A stretch of DNA of 64,000 nt from Monosiga brevicollis MX1 (Eukaryota), in the NCBI RefSeq assembly GCF_000002865.3, contig NW_001865042.1, forward strand, positions 1,402,914 through 1,466,913. The letters run 5' to 3'. This document shows positions 37,073 through 47,575 of the stretch, piece by piece (the first letter of the stretch is position 1; the number at the start of each line of letters is the position of its first letter). The notes under the pieces are model-generated. The model ran no database searches and was not told the DNA's origin. It was given only the letters and a program-made list of their open reading frames with translations. A program made the position numbers and the translations under genes.

Positions 37073-39356
37073 ATGGCAGCGCTTTTGTGCCAATCTTGGC
37101 GAGGTTGCTGGCGACCTCGAGCACTGCCTTGGAGCCGGGGCCGTGCTGTAGGAAGTTTGGCGGTGAGCTGCTGGCTTTTGGTTCAGTTGATTGAAACATT
37201 GTAGCAGGCTCGTCACTCAAAGCCCTCTTATCCTAATTTGTTTGGGTAACAACTGCAGTCGCGAGAGCTGCGGGCAGCCAACACCACAGAGACGGATCCC
37301 GCGGTGCTTCGACAGCGCGTGGTCGATTGGCGCCGTCCCTATACACCAGGTGTGTGCTGCCGTGCGTAGTGCCTTCCTTTCCTCCTACTGTTGGACCCAC
37401 ATGTCGTTCAATCGTGATTGTATCGGCCACCGACTGGCAATTTCTAGGTCCGCTCACAGAAGCCGAACTTGAGGCTTTCTTCACCGATGGTGCGTCGCAC
37501 GGACACGGTTGCCCTTGAACTTGCCGCCACAGGAAATAGGCTGGAAAGGTTGTGGGAATTTTCCAACCCTGAGCCCGGTATTGATGGGCTGCGGTGGCTA
37601 GGTTTCGTTATTAAGGAGAACTTGTTGACAGATGTTGAGCTACAGCCGGCATGTGATGCGATCGACGAGGTGCGTTCATCGCCAGCTCGCACCTCCGATC
37701 CGACCACCAAACCACGCCGTGCCATCTTGCTCGTGTCATCTTGCGCGTGCCATCTTGCTGGCTCTGCGGTGCTGACTGATGTTCGGACTGCTCCCTTACT
37801 TCTCTACTGCCGATTGCTAGCTCGTGGACCGGTTGGCCCATCGCATGCATCAAGCCGGTGTGATTACGGTGCGATCAGAACCGGTGCTACTTTCTTGGCC
37901 CGAGCTATTGTCGTGACATGATCAAGAGGGTGCCGATTTCCTCACGTTTGACTGATGTGTGCATGCAGAACTTGTGTGAGCAGGAGGGGTTCTCTTCGCG
38001 CCTCACAGCCCTGGAACGCCAATTCCCTCATGCCTCTGTGCTCCTGCACACCGAGGGCATACTGCATCCCAACATCCAACAGCTGTGGGCCAATCCAAAG
38101 TTGCTTGACATTGCCCAGCAAGTGCTGGGGGGTGACTTTGCTGCACACCCCGTGTGGAACCTTCGATGCAAGGTATGTATGCGCCTTCCTCTTCACCTTG
38201 TCTTGGCGGGCAGTCTCGTGCGCCACGCCTCTAGTCTTGCCCCGTTGATGCGAAAGGCTTCTTCGCATGACTTCTCACACAGACACCGCAACAAGAGCAA
38301 GCTACGGTACCATGGCATCAGGACATTGGTTACCTTGATGAGAGTTGCTGGAGCGTCCTGCAGGCAAGCCCCTGTTTGTTCTGCCATGGGTTGCGGTGCA
38401 ATCTGCGCCTTCTGATTACCGGTTGGGCTGGTGTGGCTAACCGTGCAGCTGACGGCCTGGATCCCGATGGTCAATGCCACGCAAGAGAATGGGTGCATGC
38501 AGGTACATTTTTTGTCTGGCTTGGCCCGCAAAGGTTGTGGTGCCTCGACGTGGTGGCGGTGTTGGCGGCGGCGGCGGTAAAAGAAAGCCAGCGCCCGAGC
38601 ATTGATGCTTCTTCCCAACATGCCTGATAGGTCGTACGGGGTGGACATCGTACGGGGCTGGCCGGGCAGCACACCTGCTGTGTTGGAGGTACCTGGTACA
38701 TTGACCTGCCGGAAGAACAGATGACGTCCGTACTACAATGCGATTTGGACGCGGACGTGGTCACGTGTGAGGTGGCCAAGGGCTCAGTCCTGCTGCTCAA
38801 CAACTTGGTGCCTCACCGTTCACTCAACAATCTATCCGATCACATCCGTTGGAGCTTTGACCTGCGCTGGCAGCAGACCGGACTTCCCAATGGATTTTGT
38901 GGGTTGTTTTTCGTATTTTGCTCCTGGGCAGGAATGGATTGGGAGAGGTGCCAGTCAAGACAAGCTCATCTGAGCTTGCACCCCAACCAACACTGGTCTG
39001 TGCCTTAGACGGCATCAAGGAGAGCTTGCCAATGCGGGCCGATGGCAATCGAGCATATCCAATTGCGTGGGATGGCTGGGCTCAACAGGATCGGCAGGTA
39101 GCGCAGCGCGCGCAGGTGGGCCCAAATGCCCGTGAGGCCATCGCTGAAGTGACAGACAATCTTGAAACCACAGTCGTCGGTCCCTGGATGAACCGGTGTG
39201 TCGGCGCATGGCTTGCTATGGCAGATATCCATCGAACCCTTGACCCGCGGTTGCGTCACACCTCTCGTTCTTGGCCTCGTCAGGTGGGAGCTGGTGAACC
39301 ACAACCGTCACACCGAAGCCCTGCGCCAAGCACCAGACCGGATGAGCAAAGCCTAG
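37073..39356 (+). CDS. Phytanoyl-CoA dioxygenase (PhyH)-family 2OG/Fe(II) oxygenase with a possible mitochondrial presequence (multi-exon)
   Basis: VPWHQDIGY (HxD), LTAWIPMVNATQENGCMQVVRGGH, and GSVLLLNNLVPHRSLNNLSDHIRWSFDLRW (distal His and the 2OG-binding Arg). The N-terminus is Arg-rich. Confidence 0.9.
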
Positions 39357-39784
39357 AATCCCACATCAATGAGAGGGGGGCCCGCTCTTGTAGGCTCCAT
39401 CTGAGATGAATGTACCACTGTGGAAGGGCGCTCTTGACCAGCGCTACACTGTCACAGACCGCCGAACCGTGTCGCTGTCGGTCAGCGCAGGTCCCTCAGA
39501 TCCATTGATCGTTACTTTTTGGTTTTCTTCCATATGTTGTTTCACTTTATTGTTGTGAATTAGAAGATGCAGTTGATGTCGAGCAAGATGTATTTGCTTA
39601 TGGATTTTATGTATAAAATAATAGTGATAATGCTGATATTCATGTATAGGTAAGCTTATTTCAGGTATAAACTATTCAAGATGATGCAGGTCATCAAGTA
39701 GACAACGTGCTAAATATCGTGGTTAATGTCGGCGCGTTTGTTGTGATGTTTTACGGAGTGGGTCATCATCGGGACAGTGAGATC

Positions 39785-41555
39785 ATGAGGGCACTCGTGG
39801 CGGCAGCACTGCTGCTGGGATCGGTGGCTGCCACCGCCCCGACGACGGTGGTGCTCGACATGGATAATATCTCGCATGCCAATACGCCAGGGCTGCACGG
39901 CTGCCACATTGATCTGGGGTACGGTGATGCTCTCAGGTTTCAAAGGGTGCAGGGGCACTGGCATCTGCTATGAACCAAGAAGGTGCGTGCGCTGATGCCT
40001 CACCTGCAAACGTGCTTTTACCGCCCACGTAGCTATGACCATCAAGCATATGCTTTTACAACCGAGCTGGTGTATGGAGAATCCTTTGAAAGTTTCAACC
40101 TGCCCTCGGCGGCGCCGGCCATGCGAGCGTTTGCAGACCTCGACAAGACGGTGGCCGATCCTCGCGGCATCAACAACGGCAATCAGACGCTCTACTGGTT
40201 TCAAGTGCAAGGAACCTCGGATCAGTTGCTCAACATCACTGACCATCCGTTCAATGGGCTGCAAGCTCTACGCCTGCACGCCAGCAACACGTCTGGCCCC
40301 GTGGCCATTAGTAACCGTGGTTTCAAGGGCCAGGGCCTTGACCTCAAGGCCAACCACGACTATGAGGGCCTGGTATATGCTCGTGCCAGCGTACCCACCC
40401 TGGTCTCCGTGAGCCTTGAGGACTTTCACGCAGGCCGTGTGCTGGCCCTGGCCACCCTCAGTATACAGGGCACTGGCAACTGGGAAGCCTTGGCCTTTCG
40501 GCTCGTCAGCAACAGCGATACAGCGTGCTTTGATTACCCATGGGGCCAGCCTCCCCTCTACTGCTACCCGGGTCTCCAAGACCGCATCGGGCATGCGTGC
40601 TGGCAATGCGGAGGCCAGCTTGTCTTTCGTTTGCTCCAGGGCCAGGTCGACTTGGATATGGCATCCCTTCAACCGGGCTCTTGGGGCCGGTTTGCACCTG
40701 AGCAGCGCGTGCGCCGTGATATTGTCGAGCACCTTTTGGCCATGGGCGTCGACGGCATTCGCTTGGGGGGCACTTATGTCAAGACCGACGTGGCTTTGGC
40801 CAACAGCAGTGAGATTGGCTACTACTGGAAGGCTCTGCGCGGCGCCCCGAGCTCTCGCCCACCCATTGTGCAGATGGGTTCGGGCATCTCCAATTTTTGG
40901 AATCCGCAGCTACGCTCCGCCGTCTTTGGGCCATTTGAGCTGCTCAACCTTACAGAGCAGCTTAACATGACCGCTACCATCACGCTCAATCATCTTGAGT
41001 CGGCAGCAGATCTTGCTGACCTGGTATCGTACATGTTCGCCACCAATGCCTCGGATGCGATGGCCCAGCTGCGACAGCAAGATGGCCACCCCGAACCCTA
41101 TAATCTGGACAAATTTTTTGAACTCGGAAACGAGGTTTGTCACCCCTCTCGCCGCACACATTTGGGGCCATTGTGGCATCTTCCGTGCTCAAGCATTTGA
41201 GGGGATCTTCTCACTTGTCCGTCTGCTCGTTGTGCAGATTTTAAACACCAATTACGTGTCCCAAGTGGCAGAGATGGAGGGTCGAGCCAAGAGCTTGAAT
41301 CTGGGCAAAAAGCTGCGATACGCTTGCCCATGGGAGTGCCTCAACGATATTTTTAGAAATGGAGCCAAGCAATATGGTGCACAGGTCTGGTGCTCGTACC
41401 CGCGTCTGAAGGCCTGCCTGATACTTGCCGGTCCAACGCTGAGATTTAACCTCTTCCACACCCCAGGTGTACCTTGATCGGCACGATGCCGACGATCCAC
41501 AAGCCTCGACCTTCGATCCCATTATTGCTCAATGGGAAGCGGTAGGTCTCAAAAC

Positions 41556-41630
<75 letters not shown>

Positions 41631-42485
41631 ACGACCACTGTATTTCATTGAGCCGTCGGTCATGCCCATGGCGCAGCCTCCACCAACTCATTTGTCACCT
41701 TTTCGTAGGAAGGCATTGACGCCCGCTTTACAATTTGGGAAACCAATACGGGCACCTTGCACGACATGCGCCGTGCCTTGCAGGAGGCCCAGGACATGAA
41801 CCAGTATGAGCGGCGTGGATCGGCGAGCCTTCGCCTGGACAGCCGCACAGCCTCGTTTTGCGTTGAAGCTTCAGGCCACGACGATCTGTGGGCCGATCAG
41901 CATGGCGACCAGGGCCTCATCTTTTTTGCTCCGAATCAAACCTGGGCTCAACCACCGTACCACGTTCATGCCATGATTCAAGACACGGCCTTGCCCTGGG
42001 TTTTGAGTGTACCGGACCCGTCCTCGACCGGGATTGACCTTGCCGGTAAGCATATTCAAATCCCCGCGAGGCCTCGCTGCCACCAGCTGCACCCCCGCCT
42101 TGTCTTCTCTTGATTGGGCTGGACTTGGACTTGCCAATTGCGTTTGCAATTGGCTTGATTGTCAGCACGTCCTGTTCACGCTCGGTCGTGCTTTTTCGAT
42201 TCAGCGTTGGTGAGCGATGACAAAAGACAGGTCACAACCAGGCTGGTAAACTTCGAGGCTACACCATTGAGTGTAGTGCTGGATGTGCGCGGACACACTG
42301 GTCAACGAGTGCAAGCGGAGACACGTCAGCTGTCCGCGCCTAGCGGAGACCTCGACGCAGCTAACCCTGCGTGGCAGCCTGATTTGATCACACCCAAGCT
42401 CGATGTTGTTTCCATCGTGCTCGGGCAAGATGTGTGGGAAATCCCGCCTTTCTCTTTCATGACCATCACCTTTCATCTAGAATGA
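39785..42485 (+). CDS. Secreted GH51 alpha-L-arabinofuranosidase-like glycoside hydrolase (multi-exon)
   Basis: Signal peptide MRALVAAALLLGSVAA, ELVYGESFE, ISNRGFKGQGL, IRLGGTY, the acid/base motif DGHPEPYNLDKFFELGNE, and a C-terminal beta-sandwich ending IPPFSFMTITF. Confidence 0.85.
41557..41629. repeat. Intronic poly-A of about 70 nt
   Basis: Directly visible. Confidence 0.95.
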
Positions 42486-42655
42486 ACCCACCTGGGCGCA
42501 ATCGGCTGCTCAGAACTGGATTGATATGCGAGTTAAAGATAAGCACATAAGAAACCTGAATTGAGCTTGAGAAACAAGAGACTATGCAACATTGAAACAA
42601 GAGTATGTTATGGCTCGGCGGCTTGCACCGACAGGCTTTTTGGGCCGGTTGCAAA

Positions 42656-45600
42656 TCATTGCAAATGTTGTTGCAACCTGCCCTCAAGCTCCTCAATGGT
42701 GCGGCCGTGTGCTGTCACACCGATGGTGTTAAAGGCAAAACCGCCGTTCTCGGTGCGGCTGATGCGAGCCAGAATGACGGCTGTGTCCTCTTCAACATTC
42801 GCCAGCCAATCCAGTGAGAAGCGGCAAATTTCCTTCAGCTTGCCATCGCGCTGCGTCACCATGCGAATGTGCACGTTCTCGACATCCTTGAGAGCACCGC
42901 CCTCATACACGGCGGCGTACAGGAAGAGGGCATCGGAGAGAGGATCCAGCTTGCCAAACTCGATGATGATTTGCTCGTCGTCACCTTCGCCCTCACCGTC
43001 ACGGTTGTCGCCCTGATGCTGGCAAGCCCCATCGTTTGTGGTGAGCTTCTCAAAGTCGCAGTAGTCTGTGCGTGTTGAGCCGGAATAGACGGCCAAACCG
43101 CAATCCAGATCCATGGCAATGTCCTCATCGACATCCCAACCCATGCCAATCACCACCGGTGCCTCCAGAGCAAGCGCAGGGACCTGAGTTTTGAAAGCGC
43201 AAGGGAGGTACCAAGGAGAAGCAACGGACATGGGCGAGTGAGAAAGAGAGAGGCACGGAGAAGCAAAAGGAGAAAAGAAAAAAGAAAAGGAGAAGAAAAG
43301 AAAAAAAAAAAAAAAAAGCAATTCAACAAACCTCAAAGTTGTCACCAGGAATCATCTTGAACGGGTTGAAAGCGTTGGGGGCCTGGAAGTTAGGATCCTG
43401 TGCGGGACACGTGCAGCAAATGAAATGAGCGCTGACTCCATGCACAGTGCTGGCTCGTCCACGTGGATGGTGCAACGAAGACAGAGAGACAGAATAAGAT
43501 CTGTCGTCAAAGGACTTTGAACAAAGGCTACGCACCTGATTGGGGGGGATGAGGTTCATTTCCTTGATGTAGCGCATTGCAAGCGGAGCAGCATTCATAA
43601 AGTTTTGCGAGGCCTCCTTCTCGCGCTCAGCGCCCTGAATGGCCTCACCCAGGCCCATCATGTGCCATTGTGAAGGATCATTGATGTCGCGATAAATGAG
43701 ACCCAAAAGCATCTCTGAGCGTGTGACGCGGCTCAAGTTGAAATCCACCAAGCCACTGGGAGGGACACGCCCGCTGTCGCCGGCATGAATGCTCATGCTG
43801 CATTGCTGGACAGGGCTGAGATCCTCACCGTCCACGGCAACGTTGAGAACAACGGCAATGACATAGGTATTTGGATCAGTCTCTGCCAAGTTGAGAATAA
43901 AGTGTTCATCATCAAAGTCGTCACCCACAGGCACGTGAGCTGAGGCCTCGGTGTTGTCACCCATGTGATGCATCGAGTTGTCGTGGCTGGAGTGGATGAG
44001 GTGATAAATGTTATCGTGCAAGACACCATGGCGATCGAACATGATAAGGGAGGCATCAGGATCGCAGCTGCTTCCCTCGGTGCATTTCCAAAACACGCGC
44101 AAGCGCATCTTGTTCTTGGTGAGCTCATCATCAAGAACCACGGCGTTGAGAAGCTCGAGGCCACACAGCTTGGATTTGTTGAGCTCCTCCTCGTCGACTT
44201 CTTGACCATAAAATTCGTTGGGATCGGCAGGTTGGCGCCAAACATTGTGTGTCACATTGTCGGTGCCATCCTGCACTGTCTCCTTGGGATACACGCCGTC
44301 AAGGCTAAGTCCAAAGGCTTGGACAGCAGCCATAGTGCACTGCATGACGACCGCGGGGTATGCAAGAAGACGACGCCACCATTACCAACAACGATAAGAG
44401 CGGCCAACACGAGTGATGTAGTGAGCAAATGTGGCGGGCACTCTTGTCAAGCGCCGAGAGTGCTCAAGAGAGGAGCAAGATAGCAAGAGCGCGTACCGTA
44501 TGGAAGCGGACAGCAAGAGGGCCATAGGCGTGCTTTTGAATCACGCGACTTTGAATGTCAATGCCTGCAGCAGTCAGACATTGCAGTGAATCGGTGAGTG
44601 AGCCTGGCCAGGCCAGCTTCGGCTCCGGTGGGGAGGGGCTCGTCATGGCTCAGCAACAACAAGCGCGCCAAAAGCATGGTATTTGGGTGATGGGAAGCGT
44701 ACCATCCATCTCACGCACGGCCGCCGCGACCCGATTGATGCTCGTGTGGTTGATCGCGTCAAAGGTCTCGAAGCGACGACAAAAGGTTTCTGTGAGTGGG
44801 GAGGGGAGGAGATTGTTGAGCGCCGGGTTTCAGTCGAGGTCACGTGGAGGCGCAAACGCAAACACATCAGAACTTCTGTCGGCACTGCTGGGGCCAGGAG
44901 CTGACCTCGGTCAATGAGGGCCTTGACCTTTTCCCAGCCCTCGACCATTGGGCTGGGGTAGCCGACCAAAAGCAGGCCGGCACGCAAAACGCTGACCACG
45001 TCCATTGGCACTGAGCCCTCCAGATTGCGAGCCTAGCACATGTCATCAGGAATGGGGCGCGGTGATCAGCCTGGAAACATGGTGCCATCCATGCTGCAAA
45101 AGAAGCGACCTTGTTGAGAGACGAACCTCTTCGCTGATGATAACGTCAGCAATATCGGCAATGCAATGCACGAGAGCCGCCCGGCCAAACTCTTGAATGC
45201 TAGAAGTTGAGGCTCGCAGGCCATGCTCGCGGGACTTGACCTAAGATAAACACATCCGTCGTGATTAAGAAGAGGGGCCGGTACAACGAAGAAGGAGCCT
45301 TCCAGAGATAGCGGCAGAGCTTTGGGAAGCGAAAAGGTTGGACCACACGTGCGCACACACACAAACAAACATAAAAACAGGAAGAAATAAAAAAAAGCAG
45401 GCGGGGGGAAGAAAAAAAAAAACGAACATCGGCCAGATATTCTTGGCAGGCATTCATAAAGGCATTGGGGCGGCGCTCCGCTGCTAGGCGTTCCTCCTCA
45501 GCCTATTCATGGCATTGCAATATTACAGCAAAGATGAGCGCTATCAGGTCAAGACACAGATCGGTGTCGTCACGCTTGCAAAAGACGATGCAAGTGAGAA

Positions 45601-45834
45601 GAAACGTACACGACGCTGACGATCGGCTTCTTCGTGGCGCAGTGCTTCTTCAAGGAGCTTGGCACGGCGATCTGCTTCGGCGTGGCGGAGCTTTGTAAGC
45701 TCTTGTTGTTTAGCATCGTGGCGAAGAAAGTCGGCAAGCCACTCGATGGGATCATCCGGTTTGAATTGGGCCACGAGAGCGCAGCCACGGGTAAGGGTGT
45801 CCCCCAAGGCCTCACGAACGTAACGAGCATCCAT
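42656..45834 (-). CDS. Dpy-30 (DYDC-like) + coiled coil + dynein MTBD-like helical domain + two TerD domains (predicted single multi-exon gene)
   Basis: The Dpy-30 motif is YVREALGDTLTRGCALVAQFKPDDPIEWLADFL. The TerD motifs are DPDASLIMFD...HHMGDN...DDEHFILNL and GMGWD...DLDCGL...QHQGDNRDGEGEGDDEQIII. All introns are GT-AG and in phase, including the linking intron at 44340-44496. The individual domains are more certain than the fusion. Confidence 0.72.
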
Positions 45835-46201
45835 GACGCTGGTGGCGCCCGTGCTCTTTCGGTGGTGCACAGTCGGGAAGGCTGGCGGATCGGAAGTGCC
45901 GCGCGTTTGATGGTCTATCTGAAGACAGGCACGCAAACTAAAAATGAGCGAAAAAAAAAAGGGTAAAAGAGAAGAAGCGAAATCGCCAGTGCCATCATGT
46001 AAACCCTCCACGTACCCCTCCTCAAGACGTTGATAGAGGTTGTCGCGGGGCTTGGCGTCTGGCAAATAATGATGCGCGACGTTGAAAAAAAGAAATTTCG
46101 GCGCAAAATAACATCCGACCAGGTCGTCACTAAGGGCCTTGGACAACATATCCTTAGAACACCTGTTTTGTTTATGTGAGCTTTATCTGACAATTATTTT
46201 G

Positions 46202-46377
<176 letters not shown>

Positions 46378-46590
46378 ACTCGCTCTTGTTGAAGAAGGAA
46401 GGGGGCACTTTACATTCAAATTGAGACCAATAGGTATGTGAGCTGTTTGTGTTCCGTGGACCCTGCGGTCCAGTTGTTCGGCAGAGGCTGGAGAGGGAGG
46501 GAAAGGGGCAGGGCGAGCGTGTTTGTGAGTTTGCTCATTCTTGTGCGTACCTCTCGGCGTGGGGTGGTGCAGTACCCCCAAACCGTCAAC

Positions 46591-46830
46591 ATGAGCAACG
46601 ATCCGGAAATCCAACGCTTCATGGAGCAGCAGACGGCGGCAGCCCGCGTGTCAGCAGCCTCGCTTGGCTTTGCAGAGATGTGCTTTGAGAAATGTGTGGA
46701 CCGTATCGGTAGCAAGGAAATTTCCTCCTCGGGTGACTCGCGCACGGCCTCGTGCATGTCCAACTGCGTTTCTCGCTTCCTCGACACGAGCGAGCTCCTC
46801 CTGCAGCACATCCAGTCCAAGGCGACATAA
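46591..46830 (+). CDS. TIMM8: Small Tim chaperone, Tim8-like (twin CX3C)
   Basis: 79-aa intronless ORF: DPEIQRFME...CFEKCVD...SRTASCMSNCVSRFLDT. Confidence 0.88.
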   Translation: MSNDPEIQRFMEQQTAAARVSAASLGFAEMCFEKCVDRIGSKEISSSGDSRTASCMSNCVSRFLDTSELLLQHIQSKAT

Positions 46831-47146
46831 GTAGACCGACTATCTGATCAAAGCCTTCATCCTCAACAAGAATAGCCCCTCGCACAAGGAACGCTTCCCA
46901 TCCTTCCTCGAATTGAACCACTGAGCCCTGTGCATCAGATCTGTGTTGTTTTCTACTTTTTTCTTTTCCTCTGAAGAACGCCCAAAACGTTACAGACAAC
47001 TTCACCCTCGTAGGATGCCACGACATATCCCCCGCCCCCATCCATGGTAGTGGCAGCCCATGCCTTTGGACTGCCTACCTCCAAACCTCCCATCCGTGAA
47101 GCCGCCACCGCCCCAGCTATGACCATGTCCCGTCCGCGACCTGTGC

Positions 47147-47147
<1 letters not shown>

Positions 47148-47211
<64 letters not shown>

Positions 47212-47220
47212 GTGTGTGTC
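47148..47220. repeat. (CA)n followed by a short (TG)n
   Basis: Directly visible. Confidence 0.9.
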
Positions 47221-47575
47221 TACACTTACTGGCTGTTGCGGTCGTGTTGCAGCGTTGACAACATGTGTTGTATCTATCATCTTCACTTTGTGCCGCTGTT
47301 CACTGGTTTCGTCTTCTGTTTTTTTTTTTTTTTGAAATTTTTCAGCGCAACGGCAGCGGGGTGACGGCCGGCAGTGGCAAGCGTGGCACATAACGTCCAA
47401 CAAGCTCGAACACGGGGGGTTTTCTGGGGTGTGTGTACACGCTCATCCACATAGGTGCTGTGTCTTGAGAGCCGAGCTTTGTGTGTCTCGTTTCGGCAGC
47501 GTAGAGCTGGTCTCGAGGCCGGTGGCTGGTTGGTCACACAGGCAGGAGGGCAGCGACGAGGGGGTCGCTTGCGCC

